A stretch of DNA of 64,000 nt. Source: Raillietiella orientalis. Its lineage: Eukaryota. The notes below the pieces were generated by a model, which saw nothing but the letters and a program-made list of their open reading frames with translations, did no database searches and was not told the origin of the DNA. This document shows, piece by piece, positions 23,501 to 36,680 of this stretch (position 1 is the stretch's first letter; each line of letters opens with the position of its first letter). The position numbers and the translations under genes are program-made. The DNA lies in assembly GCA_036172245.1 (NCBI GenBank), contig JAYWIR010000026.1, positions 930,001 to 994,000 on the forward strand, written 5' to 3'.

Positions 23501-26500
23501 TGACGGCGGCGTCCGGCCAAACCACGAAAATTTCGGCGGTGATACGCAGCGCGTGGAAAGGACACAAACGCATCCGGAAAGCGGCCAGAGCAGCCAACCG
23601 CCCGGTGGTGACCACCGACGGAACGCAAAGGTCGGCTGGCACCTTCGCCTCCTCGTTTACGACCGGTCAGGAACGGCAAGCGATTGCTGGGCGAACGGAC
23701 ACCAGAATGCTGTATCTGCTCTGTGTACACGCACAAGTCATTCGGATCGTAACAGCTGACCCAGCATCCAGCTGTGTATCACTTGCAAGATCCGGAAAAT
23801 CGCCTCTTTCAGATGCTCGGCAGACTTTGAATTGGCAGCGATATTGGAAAGTTGCTCTGGGATCAGCACGAAATTCTTCTCGTCTTCGAGCCGCACCCTT
23901 CGCACCTCACTCGAGCTCACCTTTCATTTCTACCGTTTCGTGGACGACAAAGCGGAAGTGACGCAGGTTCCAAAAAAAAGAAAACGCTTTGAAACCACGT
24001 CGTCAGAGCCATAGCAACCTTTTTAGCTTATTTGCCACTACGGCTGCAGTCCGCAGACAATCTGACTTACGCGAAACTGAGTTAAAAGCCTTAAATCCAG
24101 CATGCAGAAAATGTTCAAAAAATTAATGATAATAATAATAATTGAACGTCTCTGCGTTAATTTTTCAGCCATCGATGTGAAGTGCCTTTGGCACAGATGG
24201 AGCGAAAGATGTCTGCTTGCATCCATCCATACTCAAAACTCAACGATCGGAAAGGCGTTTGCTTGACATGGTGCATGCCATCGGCTGTTTTCGGAAGGAC
24301 TTGTGACTCGCTGATGAACTGTGGTTTACGGCTGGCCGTGGGACTGGTCACTTCTCCCCAGTTAACCTGCATGACGACCTAATCTGACCATGGACACTGA
24401 CCCAATCCATTTAAGACTTTGACGCTTCTATGCTGACCACACAAACCTGTGTGGAGCTTTCCTTTACAGGCTTGCAATACCTTGTTTAAGATGAGATAAA
24501 GAGCAAAATCCATAAAGTGGAAACATGCTTCGCCTCCATTTCTTCAGCTCTGTTGCAACTTAGGGTAAAGCGTGCCAACAAGAGTCTTCCGGTATGTGTT
24601 ACACGATCACTAGACTTGAGAGACCTCGGATGAAACGACCAATCAGTAATGACGCTGTTCATTTGCAAGCCGGGTTTCATTAAACTGCCGAATGCTGGCA
24701 TTGGGTCAAGAAAGAGTTAACGAAAGAAACTAACTCCAATAAGCAAAATGTTCCTTTCTCGTATATTGGTTTCAAGATGACGTCATTTCTCTTTTGATAG
24801 TGCTGAAACTACCAAACAAGATAAGCCAGCAGCTGTTTCTCCCAGTCGCTGGATCGAACGGTTTCGCATCACAGAACAGTCTTCTTACATCCGGATGTGG
24901 ACTGCAAGAAACAGATTACCAAATGCTGATGCCTACCATGTTCATTATATTTCGGAAATGATTTGCAAACAACCGAAAAATAAACCGGAAACCTGCAAAA
25001 GCAAATTTAGAAGGAAGTGGGTTTCGAAGCCAGGGATTACGAGCACGGGGAGCCGAAGATCCTTGTTTGAAAACACTAAAAGAAACGTTGGAAACCCAGG
25101 ATTTAATCCAGAAAATTCAGCGGCTGCTGGTCGGTATCCAGTACTTTATTCAACAGCCCTCTCCTCTTTAACTGTATTCACGAAACGAAATTCATCAGGC
25201 GGAAACTACACGTAGACTAAAAGGCCGCGAGCCGCTGAACGCTCAACAACATCGACAACCACAAAGAGCATCCAGCCAAAAGCGGATACCTGACCACGGG
25301 ACTTGGAATACTTAAAGGAGAATCTACTTGTTTTTTTTGTGTACGTAATGTTTTTCATTAGACGCGAAAACCCATCGTACTGTACAAGGTTCACTACTCG
25401 CGAGCCTGGCATCAGTCAAGAGTACCGAGGAGAGGGCAAACATGAGTACGGCGGAAGACTGGGAGTTCCATCTTACACAAGATCGCACTCCTTCTGACCG
25501 TTCGGATTCGATCCACGAGCTCTGCATTGCACTTCTGATGCGGAAAATTTGTTTTCAAACGAGGTTCGCTGCGTTTGGGAGGACATTTTATCTTTTTCGA
25601 AAGAAGGAAAAAAAGTGCATCCTTGAAATAAGTTTCAGCAGTGATCTTCACAATGTGGCGTCTCCACAGTAACTATATATTCAAGATGCAGTACACTGAG
25701 ATGCTTTAGGAAAACGCTCCATCCTGAGAGAAGGCAATTTTGTGTGGCCTCAAGAAAGTGGAGTCGAGAGGAACTGAAGCCCTCGGTCATTTAAACAACC
25801 CATCGACATGAGCCATTATGTACTGAACAATCATCTGTTTCCCTCAGCTCATTTAAAACGGTCCAGTGGATTTTCAGCCAAGAATACGTTTAAAATTGAC
25901 TGACTGCTTATGCATCCATTGCTTATATTTCATGGGTGAGCGACATCATGTCCAAAGTATGCCTACAGTAGATCTAAAGAGCGAATCTAACACAAGTTCA
26001 GGTATGCAGGCAAATGTGTACGAGACAATGTATAAGACAGTGTTTATACGACATCTTCCAGCAAAAGCCAGAAGCGGTGGAGAATCCTGTGTAGGAGCAT
26101 TTCCAAGTCTTAGACAGTTTTTGACTCACGACAACGGACAGAAGCAATCGGAAAAGAAATACACAACAGCAAATACTATCACATAAGAACACGGGTACGG
26201 CAGGTACCAAGCTAGAAGTCAGCAGAGAAGATGACAATCTTGCGATAAACATCAGTGTTTTTGTAAATAGCACCAAGCAGCAGGCTGCGTATATCTTGAA
26301 AGTGGAGTTGTTGTTGTTGTTTTTTGAAAAAAAAAAAAAACATTTCGAGTGGTTCAGAGAAGGAAACGCCTAACCAAAAGGAGTGCGGAATTGTCTTCCA
26401 CAAAATTCAGGTAGGTCCAGGTTTGAATGTCCAACAGTTTGAATGACTGCTCGTGAAGTACCTGAATCTAACCGCTGACACTTGAGGGAGAACGTGAAGT

Positions 26501-29500
26501 AACCAGCTAACAGACGACTGGAACAGAGAAATCCTCTACCTGCTTTCGCATAACCAAAACAGAGGCTGAACCAGTTACAATTTTGGCCGAAAATTGCGTC
26601 AGTACCATTTCAAGAGACCATTGCTGGGGTCAAGGCCTCCCTTGAACGGAAACTATTTACTTGTTTCTCATAGTTTGATCAGTTAACATACTCTGGATCA
26701 GTTAACATTGTGGTTTAACCGTCTTTGTTTAACCCTTTGACTTGCATGGAATGGCTCCAAAGCGGCTCCAGGCCATAAACTTCAAGTTGTGTGTCCCGAC
26801 GACCGGCCTAATCTACATGGCATCATTTATCGTGCTGTTTTGAATGAAGCATCGGTGGGCTTCGCACCGATGGTACTGAAGGAAGAGAACTGGCAAACGG
26901 TCACAACGGAACTCCATGCCTTAGGAGCTACCAACCAGTCCGGCTCCACCCGCGGTCGAATTGTGTATTTGCTGCTCGGTACGAAGCAAGCGGCATTCCT
27001 GGACTATAAGATGCTGCCCGGATCAGATTAATTTCTCTTGATCGGTTTCCTGACATGCGCCTCCCTACATGAGGCATGTCATTTCCAACGCCTGCAGTAG
27101 TAAATAGAGATTCACCGTTTTTCATTGGAGTCTCCGAGTTTATCTCGAAAATCATCACAGCAATATGATTGGACTGCCTACCAAGCGGCGAGTCGTCAAA
27201 GCTGCGAACAAGATCAAAGATAACACGGCACGGAAGAAGAAAAAGCACACATGGCAATAAAAGCCGATGACATTTTTGTCAAAGGAGAAAAACTTTCAGT
27301 CACCCTACAAGAGAACGGTCGACCGCGATCACTACTGTGCCACCAATGGTTCCTCCTCACACACAAGAACAAAAGCAGATAATCCACTGATGACGCAACC
27401 AAAATTGCAAATGCTCACAAACTATCGGGAAGGAAGCAGAGTCCAGTCTTATTGGCTGTTCTTCCAGGGAACCGCTGAAGCAATCAACAGGGACAGTTGC
27501 TTTGGACTGAGCTTCTAATCGTAAACAGACCAACATCCTATTGGCGTTCTTTTAGTACGTTCTTGTGTCACTTGCACGCTTCCCTGCCACGTCCTCCGTA
27601 GGGGAGGCGAGTGGCAGAATCGAGAAACCAGGATGGACAACGGTGCATTCGGCGGCGTGCACCGCTGCTGCAAGGACGGTCAGAACGGCCGACGGCCACC
27701 GAGAGGCTTGCGCATCCTCAGCCCTCACGTTCCAATTCCTTGGTGGTTCGATTTGCTCGTCAGGGAGGGAAGAGAACAAAAAGATTCTTTTGGCGCATAT
27801 TTAGGACGGATGCGACAAGGTCATGAAAGTAATGTGTGTTGCCGAGCAACACAGATTCCCGACTAAAACCTAGACTTCCGCAGAGGTGGTCACGAGAATG
27901 CCGTAGTATTTTCAAGATGTATTTATTCCTGAGTGTGGTTGTGGGCGAGTCGTTGAAAAGCCAGTATGCAAGACAGTTTCTTCCATTACTGCAAGAAAAA
28001 AAAAAAAAAAAAGAAAACGCAAAAACACGAGGTCGAAATTTCACTTCGCGAGATGCCGAGACGATTCTCTTATGGCTTCTACTACAGATCCGTAACCGAG
28101 GATTACCGATTCTTAGCCACGATTCCGTCACGAGGATCCGACGATGCAGTTTGAACCCTGGTCTCGGAAGACTTTGCCTGGAAACTCTGAAATCAACAGA
28201 TCTTTTGTATCAGGGATCGTTCCCGCCGCACGCTTCGAGCATCTGCAACGACAGGGTCCTGCTACAAGGCAGCATCTCCCTCCGAGCAAACACGCGCGAG
28301 CGCATGAAGCCGCCATGACCCCCAAATCTCCGCGGCTCCAAGCAACGCCAGCCTTTGATAACAGATCTCGCATCCTCCGTCGCCCTTGCGAAACACTAGG
28401 ATTCGCCGAGTTTCGTTTCTGTCGGGCTCAGGTTACAGACATACGAAGCGCAAAAACACGTGATGGTGGCACCGCAGCCATGCGATGGACCTGTCCGTGC
28501 TCATCATGCTGCCGCCAATTCCTGTCTCCCCCTCCATCCCCCTCCCCAGTTTTCCTGCGTGCCGTGCACTCACACGAATCTCAGCAGAATCCGATTCACT
28601 GATTCAGCAAGAATTATCGGTAATTTCAAGACCATCATGACCCCCGTCGCGAAGAACAGCCAAGAGAGAGGACAACGCAGCCGGCGTTCCTGCCAGTTTG
28701 TTCCGGGGAGTGCGTTGCTTCGAAGCAAGGGGTACGAAAACTTGTTCCTGTGGAGTGAACTGGTCCCGAAGAGGAGCCCCCGATACACGCGCAAAATTCC
28801 GCTGGAACACGGGAGAGCTGCGCTCACAGACGGGAACACGGCCTGTGCCGTTCTTCACCAACTCCTCCCTCACTGCCGATGGCAACCTCTTTCACCTTGT
28901 TGGTCCAACAAAGGTGGAGAGGGTGCAAAGAGAAAAAAAATCAGAAACCAAAGAATCAGAAGAGTAGCTTCGAAGCATAACAGGGCGAGCGTACAACTAC
29001 AAAAAAAATTGGTTTCGTGACATCGGAGTGGGTGAATGGGTTGGGCTTGATGACAGCCCAGCACGCTCACTTCCCATCCGCATGTCCGTGCACGCATTGG
29101 AACCAGCAAAGGGAGCTGGCAAGCAGGAAATCTCATGCCGTGTCCTCTGGCCAGGAGCACTCTCGTTCACCCTAAACGACCCAAACGCTTCGTACATATC
29201 ATGTTCGAGATACACATCAACGGCTCTTTATAGACAGGGCGTGTAGACTATTTGGAAACATCAATGCGTTCTTCTAGTGCATTCGATTCTTCCGGCGAGA
29301 AACGCTCTTGCAGCTAACCCTCAGTAAATTCGGAATTTTTCGTTAAGTACATTACATCAGAGAATACGTGTATAAACCATTACAAAGACATTGGAACCTT
29401 ACACTTCATTTTGAGAATCTGAGCTGGTATCCTAGGCACCTCTCTCAGACTTATTATCCGACTAGAACTTTCCCAGCCAGGCTCTCTAATCCACAACAAC

Positions 29501-32500
29501 GAACTTTACATCATCATCATTACCGCTCACGCTCTAACTATAATCTTCTTCCTAGTCATACCCGCCACAATAGGAGGATTTGGCAACTGACTCACCCCTC
29601 TCATACTCGGTGCTCCAGACATAGCATTCCCGCGACTCAGTAACTTCAGATTTTGACTGCTACCCCCATCCTTCTCTACACTATTCCTCAGTATCCCCCC
29701 CCCCCCCACACACACACACACGAGTGCGTGCTGCTCGCGTAATTTCTAAACGAAGGTATGAAAATTTCGACCGTGCGCGGTCTCTCACAAATGAAAATAA
29801 AAGGCCATGAAATCCGTTGGGTTCCATTACAGCGTTCCCGGTTCGCGCGTCTTTCGAAAGGCGTTACTTCTCCAAGACGACGACGACGATGATGATTTCA
29901 CAGCAGCATCCGTATCACTCTCCATGATTGCGGGAAGATTCCCTCGGCGGTCCCCATCCCGACGACTTCGGGACTTCCCGACGCGAAACGGAAGCGAGCA
30001 AACTCCTACGCTCAGCACATGTGACCGGCAACCAAAAAATACACGTCCGGAAAACGAAGGCACGCAGAGAACAAGAAGGAAAAAAAAAGGGTCCAACGGA
30101 AAGCAGCAGTCGCGGTTGCCGGCAGCAGCCCGGGATTCTGCATCAAAACGGAATTTCCAGAATCATGTCCGGGAACGAACGGAGATTGGAGCGCCCCAAC
30201 GAGATCTCAGAAGACGTGTCCGATGGAGAGAACGAGAATTCCGCGTTCCGTGAACGGAGCAAAGGTTTCCCATCGGCACGATGCAAGAGACGGAGTGGTT
30301 TCCGGTTTACAGGCGGAGGGAGAGGAGAAGAGGTTGCTTTGGAGGCAGCAGCAAGGCATACGGAAGCCGATTTTGTTAGACGCATCATCCTACTGAAGCA
30401 TCTCCACCATTCCAGGATGGGAAACCGCGCTTGGAACAAACTCTAACCTGCTTTCGTCTTCGTTTGCAAACACTGCAAACACAGAAATTGCAACCTGAAG
30501 TCAATGACGTGCCCACGCAGGGGTGCCTCATTCCCATCCGGGTGCTTCGAAAATCATCTTGCGGAAGGAGCGAACCCCCCCCTCAGGGTTTGCTCCCTCG
30601 GCACGATGTAAAGTGCATCCACTTCGCTAGAGAATTTTTTGAGAAATAGAAACTTCCGAAAGAAACTTTGTAGGGAATTCCATAACTGCCACACACCTTA
30701 CGAGCTTCGTCGGTGAGGACCTACATTTCAGAGTTCTTCTAAGACAAGGCAACCGCTTACAAGAAGATGCGAGACATCTACGCGATAGGTCAATCATAGT
30801 ACAGAATGCGATACAATCCATGTTCCCGAACAGCCCTGAACAAAAACATGTGCACAGCAAGGAAAAGAGCAGAGATCCTGTCAAGGGGGGTGGAATCCTC
30901 GATGGGAGTCCACGAAGCCGAATCACACACTCTGCTTCGCGACGGAGCCGCGCGTAGCAACAGCGGCGAAGACCTTTTGCCGGAGTGACTGTTACTCTTC
31001 GCTGACACGGAAGTCACGCTGAGGAGCACGGTTTGGGTAAGCGCAAATCGGGGGTCGGGAGCACCAGGTTCACCAGGCGCCAGCATTACTGCCTAGCACT
31101 CCCGCAGGGAGGTTCCGGCTCGAAAACACGACGGTATCCATGCAACAACGATGACGGCAAGAATAAGTCTTGAGCTTGCGTTGCTACCAACCGGTTTCTG
31201 TCTTCGTCAGTCTGTCATCGATTCACTCGCGTTGTGAGCTGCAGCGCGTCCGCAGTGCCTTTCGGAAAAGCCAAAGACCTGAAAAAATCGGATCAGCTGC
31301 CACTCGATGAAACCAAGCGAGTGATGAACGGACGGGGTGGGGGTCGCTTCGGTAGAAGGGGGAATGATGGCACGCCGCAGCAAGTGGGCAAAGCCGACAA
31401 AAAGTCGAAAATTCCCATCGGCTGGAAACACCCGGAACCGCGACCGCTTCACAGAACGGTCCAGGCAAGCCAGCGCATCCACGGATGCGACAAAAAGGCG
31501 CACGCAGCCGCCGTCGACGAAACATTTCATCGGATGGGCAAGAAGAAGAAGGAGAGCACGTCCGCAACCCAGTCGTGCGCTCCCACGAATGAAGAAAACG
31601 CACACACAAAGAAAAGGTACGCGGAAGCACCTCTGGGTGTGACCGCGCATACCCGCCGAGCACACATGGGGGGGGGGGGGACTGGCAGCTTATTTTAAGG
31701 TGAGCAAACGCTCTTCCAGGACCCTCACAAGAAGAATCCTTGTTTAGCAGGGGGTGCTTTCACGCACGGGAAATAATCGGAGCCGCGAAAAATCGGTGGA
31801 GGAAGCTGTAAATTTTCCCCGAGTTTCGAGATTTTCCCTTTTTCGGTACTTGATCTCTCGAGCGCTTCTCCTGTGTTTTTCGGTGGCCAACTCGTCCAAG
31901 CACCTGCAGGGACACCGGAAGTCCGCGCTCGCACGAGGAATCTCATCTCGACCCGAAGCAGCATCACTTGGGATTTCGAGCACTTGGGCTCGCGTGCATC
32001 CAAAGAAAAAATTCGTGTCCGGACGCGTGTCCGCGTCCTTTCAATTACGATCCGCCGAGGTTCTTACATTAAGGCCTGCTCTCCCATTAATGACTCACTC
32101 CATTGCGATCTGCTCAAAAAATAAAACTCGAAATGCGTTGCAGCTCGGGGGATTCTAAGAAATAACAATTTTTCCTACTAATAATAACCAATACTGCTTT
32201 TTAAAGAATCAAAGATTTCGCAACGGCAGTTCGAAGTGTCCGTTGTGCGTGCTAAACGCGCATGGTTACGGCGAGGTTACCGACTCTACGGAAGGGGAAC
32301 CATGACAACCGTGGGTTTCTTCGGCAGGTACTCAGCACAGTCCCCGTTGTACCGAAAGGAACGCTGCCGCGAGAACCGCTAGCGCACCCTCCCTACCCCA
32401 TGCTTCTCCTTCTTCTGCAAGAGTCGCATGCTTGAGGATCACAGCACAGGAGCTGACCACTCTGAAAACCCGTCATCAAGAAAGGAACAGCAGCAGGACC

Positions 32501-33120
32501 CTCCGGAAAACGACCGACTGAACGCGTCAGATAAAGGGCAACGCCGGCACGATCTGTGCGTACAAATAATTTCCCTCGCGTGACTCCGGAAGCTCGATTT
32601 ACGCGCTCTCTACTTTCCAAGGAAGACACACTGACACCAATTCTTTCTGGCGACTCCCATCTTGATCCCGCGACTCCCAACCGTCCCTCGTTCCAAACAC
32701 CCAAAAGAACGCAAAAGGGAGTAACGCTCCCGACGGCAGCTTCCAGCGCGCGCAACTCGGACGGGTCTGCAAGAAAGCAGCAGGTTGGCACGCGCAGGCG
32801 GAGCTTTTCATTTTCCCAGCCCCCTCCCCCTGCTTCTGTTAGCGGCTGCACGTTCCAACGGATCTCTCGGGCTTACCGGACAAAAGAGAAAAGGCCAAAA
32901 AGCCTCCCAAGAGAATCATCCACGCCCATCCTTGATCTATGTCTCTTTGCTCCTCCTCCTCCTGTTCGTGGATTTTCCTGAGCAAGGGATCTTCTATCTC
33001 GCTGAATTCTTGGCCCAGAACGGTCTTCTTCCACGTGTCCATCAAAATCGCTTCCCCCTTCAGGGAGCATTTATCCAGCATGCTGTCGTCGAAGCACTTT
33101 CGATCACGAGTGGGCTCCAT
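8578..33120 (-). CDS. SLC16 / monocarboxylate transporter-family MFS protein, ~804 aa, 5 coding exons: 33120-32877, 11822-11709, 11661-11518, 10580-8847, 8756-8578
   Basis: Exon 1 encodes the MCT N-terminal signature [13 protein letters not shown] and ends at a phase-1 GTAAG donor that joins [10 protein letters not shown]. It continues [32 protein letters not shown], a long low-complexity loop, [29 protein letters not shown]. All introns are GT-AG and the total of 2415 nt is in frame. AATAAA lies on the minus strand at 8557-8562. An alternative ATG is at 33081. Confidence 0.88.
10765..11050. repeat. GA-rich polypurine low-complexity tract in MFS intron 3
   Basis: Nearly pure G/A runs (GAAGGAGGAAGAAG...). 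Similar tracts occur at 750-905 and 11920-12025, and a pyrimidine version at 7640-7770. Confidence 0.85.
12978..13022. repeat. 45-bp dispersed repeat, copy 2
   Basis: 43/45 identity to 908-952. Confidence 0.85.
13059..13105. repeat. Perfect 21-bp inverted repeat with 5-nt loop
   Basis: GCGTTGCGTAATCCAGGTGTC-cgcgt-GACACCTGGATTACGCAACGC; the arms are exact reverse complements. Confidence 0.95.
13375..13870 (-). mobile_element. tRNA-headed SINE-like repeat, copy C
   Basis: Minus-strand B-box-like GAGTTCGAATC (13807-13817). Body 13410-13650 is similar to 2140-2400. Confidence 0.55.
14830..15150 (-). mobile_element. Degenerate RLE-type (R4/Dong-like) non-LTR retrotransposon fragment, pre-endonuclease zinc-knuckle region
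   Basis: Frameshifted peptides [11 protein letters not shown] (like ETEGFxxAAQD), DTKCTSCAE (CxxC) and DALA...DVAKV occur in the order expected for R4-like ORFs. The fragment is truncated at the AT-rich island 14395-14830. Confidence 0.45.
17560..17940 (+). mobile_element. Degenerate L1/Tx1-like ORF1 (gag-like) fragment
   Basis: VAGYP...IRRALAG...[17 protein letters not shown]...NLPLRG*PF is followed by a broken zinc knuckle (*CGSLG...GCP). This resembles Tx1-type ORF1. Confidence 0.4.
20665..21460 (+). mobile_element. Possible Penelope-like element 3' end and pseudo-LTR
   Basis: Stop-interrupted peptide HPNSKIGY...LAR...SRHLTEI*NE*TKTINSF..EYPKA weakly resembles a GIY-YIG C-terminus. It is followed by a CCAAT/CRE tandem repeat, a TATA-like GTATATAG (21359-21366) and a degenerate hammerhead-like core. 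Confidence 0.35.
21154..21330. repeat. 77-bp tandem repeat, 2.3 copies
   Basis: Units start at 21154, 21231 and 21308. The first two are identical; the partial third has one mismatch. Units contain GCCAATCAG, and the junctions form TGACGTCA. Confidence 0.95.
25100..26300 (+). mobile_element. Possible highly decayed Penelope-like reverse transcriptase
   Basis: Colinear fragments [32 protein letters not shown]...GHLNN and DLKSE...MQANVY..FIRHL resemble Penelope RT/thumb motifs. The catalytic DD is not recognisable. Confidence 0.3.
29374..29694 (+). pseudogene. COX1: Nuclear mitochondrial insertion (NUMT) of the COI 5' region
   Basis: In the invertebrate mitochondrial code (TGA=W, AGA=S, ATA=M) it reads [100 protein letters not shown]. 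It is truncated, carries substitutions at normally invariant sites, and ends in a C-run/(CA)n. Confidence 0.95.
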
Positions 33121-33299
33121 CGGAGAGAGAGCGCACGAATCACATGGAAGCAAAAATTCTTCAGCCGGTTCGCACTCGGTGAGGCAGCGAGAGACGAGGA
33201 TCGAAACGGTACGGAATCAATGGAGCTGCGGCATGACGTCACGCACACTTTGTCGAAAAGTCGGCGAGAACGGGGGCAGCAACCATCCGCGGCCACTCA

Positions 33300-33760
33300 A
33301 AAATCGGAGGCGACGGCACACATCGCCCTTCGCCACCTCCGCAGAGCACATGCACGAGCGGCACATGCAGGAGTTCGATTTATTTCCCTCTCCCGACAGC
33401 GCAGGCGCGCTCGCACGGGAAGCTGCGGGTCGCGCGCGCCGGGACCGCGCGCGGACCCGGCGCGGCGGACGAGCCCTCCTCCGGGAAGGCTTTTCGCGGG
33501 CGCACAGGGAGGAGGAGGAGGGCGCGGGAGAGGCGGGTCACTCGGGGAGAGGGCGCAGGGACACGGACGTCGCCCCGGGAAGGCAAGCGATCCATGCGAA
33601 TCGCGTCGCCATGGAGGCGGCCGATGCGGCTGCGTGCGGGCATTCCGCACGCGCACGGTGCACACAACACACCACCAGCGTTTTGAGATCGCCTCCGGGG
33701 TCGTCGTGGGGCGTGTGCTCGCCGCGGGACCGGGCCCACTGGGCCCACTAATAATAACCT
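33300..33760 (-). promoter_or_regulatory. GC/CpG-dense region upstream of the MFS start codon (probable promoter/5' UTR)
   Basis: Very high GC and CpG density, 200-650 nt upstream of the first coding exon. The call rests on position and composition only. Confidence 0.4.
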
Positions 33761-36239
33761 CGTGCCATCTTTCGCACTGCCCATCAAAAAGTTCTGCCCC
33801 AGCAAAATCACGTCCAGCGGCACGCAAGTCCCTACAACCGGGGATCGCGTCGTCATGGTGGTCGGGGCGTCGCTCGGCAGTGGTCATTATTCTATCCCAA
33901 GTTGTCAGTATTTTATTTCGACGAGCCTTCTGTCCGAATCAGCGGAAACTTTGCATCCTGCTTCCAGTTCATCCTCCCGAAAATTCCCTAGAAAAGTCCC
34001 CAGTACGCGTAGGTCATCATCTCGTGCTGGACAGGTCATTCAAAGTAAAGGCTCTTCTCATGCTTGACTCTTTTCGAGATTCTGCGATTGAAAAAAAAAA
34101 AAAAAAAAAAAGAAGCACGCACGAAGCAAATTACGCATATGTGTATAAGGAAAAAAGAGCATTCCCGATATTCTTTTTTTGCTTATACGTTCTTTTTGGA
34201 TGTTATTTCCCGATCGTGCCCTTTCGAAGATGCAACTTTGAGATTTCGATCGTGTCCCCTACATAGTTTCGAGAACCTCCATGCGAACCGAAGACCATTT
34301 ATCCACCATCCAAAGTTTTCACGAGGAGGCTTTTCTGGGAAAAAGGGGAAAAAAGACGCATAAATCAAGGCATGCAGGGGACGTGGTGCGCACGTTGGAA
34401 AGTGAGGCGAAAACGGGACACATGCCCTTTTGTCTCCCCATCAGAGATTTTGCTCCCCCTGCCTCTTGCATCTCACCGCGGTGCCTCCTCTATCCCCATT
34501 CCGAGAGTGAAAGGCGTCAGCGGTTCCGCGGCGCTTCCTCGGATGATTCCTGGACCACAGATGAAAAGGAAATTCGCGCTCACCGAGAGTGCGAGGGCGT
34601 GGCGTGCCCAAGAGCAAGAAAGAAGGTTTGGTTGAATAATAAGAATAAACAAAAGGCCAATACTGCGTGCACACCTTTTCCTTTCCTCGTGTCTTTCAAA
34701 CACCTATGCGTAAATACGTATTCCTTACCGACAGGGTTTTTCTAATACTATTAATAATAAACATGGCAAACTTGCCTGCCCTTCATCAAAGCACTCAGTG
34801 TGGTCTGTTTACGCATTTCCTTAGATATCCTGTTTTCATCAAAGCTTTATGGACGCTTCAGAAAAAAAGTGAATCTTCACTTTACTGTGTTTTCCTGCTT
34901 TAGCGAGGAGAGGGTGTAAGACGACGAAACTGACAGGGAATAAATCGTGACCTCCACGTTCAAAAAAAAAAAAGGGGGGGGAAAGGCATGGTCGGCGATT
35001 TGGAACGAAAGCAGAAATTCGAAATCGCAGCTCCAAAGTCAGGACTCCCTTATCTTCCCGTTTCGCAACACGCGACTTTTTCTGCACGTCTAAAAATAGA
35101 ATAGGTCCTTCACTCTGGATCCGAAGCTGTTCCCACGGAAACGGAAGGCACAGCTCAGCTGCCTCGGATTTCAACCGTCCGTCGCCATCTGACTGCAAAG
35201 TTCGCGTGTACCAGCCGTGACGATTCCAAGACGTCCCCCTCCCCCCATCACTGTGGATGGACCGCTACGCAGTCGACTCTGTGGACCAGGAGCCCAAACA
35301 TTCCGACTTGTTCATCGGAACACGGGAAGAAAACACGGAAAGCCTGAGCAAGTCCGTGGAAGCCGATCCGCACGAGGCGACGGCGGATCTGAAGCGCTGG
35401 TTTCCCTGGAGACGGGAAACCTTGCGAGGTTTGAAAACGCGCCGCGACCGACCAACCAGGGATCGTCACGATTTCGGCCCGGGTGGGCGTTGGGGAGTGC
35501 AGGTGTCACCCGCGCCGTCTGTCACAACTACGACCACCCCGCTATTCTCTCCCGTATTCCCTTCGCCGTTAACCGCCCCCCTTAAAAAGAATCCGAGGAA
35601 GGCACTGCATCCTCTGTTTGACCCATCCTTCAGAAGACAGACGGACGAGAGAGAGAAATCCCGACGAGGTCAGTCCCAGTAGTTTCTCGAGAACTTGCCT
35701 TCAGGGTTTCCCATACATTTCTGATGTCAAGGCCTTGCTGTTTCTGATGTTGAATTAGAGCGTCCAAGAATCCGCGCTTCCATCCAGATGAAGGAGGGCT
35801 GCGAACCCCGGAAGTAAGGACCGCGCAGGGGTCAAGTTCGAAGACGCTTGCACTGCTTTTCCTTGAGAGAGGCAGTGTCCAGGAGACCGAGGCAGCTAAA
35901 GAGTGTTTCGAGATGCCAGCCGGAAGAGAACTTTCGGAAGTGGCTGCTCCAGAACAAACAAATCCAGAACAAACCAGCTCAGGGAATCAGTCACGTCAGG
36001 AGGAGGAGCAGCGAGGGAGCGCGCAGCTTCCCTATGGGTTCCCGGGAAGGGTTTGCGCCTGAGGAGAAGCAGGCGTCCGGGCAACCAGAGACCCTGAAAT
36101 GAGGCGACACATCCATGGTTCCGGAGGACGAGCGAGCTTTGCGCATCTCTCTAAGCAGAAATGGGAACCCGGTCACGTCGGGACGTTTATTAAAAAAAAC
36201 TAAACTACAAGTCCAAAGGGAATGGTATCCCTTCAAAAA

Positions 36240-36680
36240 ACAAGGAATCCCCCCCCAAAAAAGAAGTTGTCAAGGATGACCACCCTCGTGCAGGACGGCT
36301 TCTCAAAAGCAGGGAACGGAAGGGGGGAACAATAAATGAATAAAAGAAGACGGCAGGGTGGGGACAGCGATCTTTGGCGTAAGACGTTCCTTTACTTTTA
36401 AAAGAGACTCTGTACGGTGGCGATTTCCTCGACAGCTTCTTCTGGCAGATGAGGTCACCTTGCTGCTGCCTTCATGTGGGCTGTTGCCATGCTGGTGACC
36501 TCTCCGCCGCGAACCTGACCCCAACATGCGTCGGACTGTCACTGTGGCGCGGATGCAACCGATTGCTGCGATCACAGGTCCAGTCCGCCTTCGGTGAAGA
36601 ATCGCCGCAGAAGGTCCTTTGCAGTGTCCTGCGGTCGACGGAGCGCCGAAGGGAGTCTCCACCGTTCAGATGCGCGTTAA
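36240..36680 (-). mobile_element. L1/Tx1-like retrotransposon 3' end fragment
   Basis: Clear nucleotide similarity to 41870-42150. Peptide CWGQVR...AAR*PHLPEEAVEEIATV is homologous to ALRWPHLEREEKELDVI of the 42400-43480 copy. Confidence 0.6.

Noticed and set aside
27387..27411. CTGATGA-C-GCAA...TTGC-AAA minimal hammerhead-like motif
   Set aside because: The G of GAAA is missing and no stem I/III pairing was found; at best a dead Penelope relic.
32785..34266. 493-aa + strand ORF
   Set aside because: Antisense to MFS exon 1 and running through a GC-rich promoter region; low-complexity Arg/Gly/Ala content with no domain.
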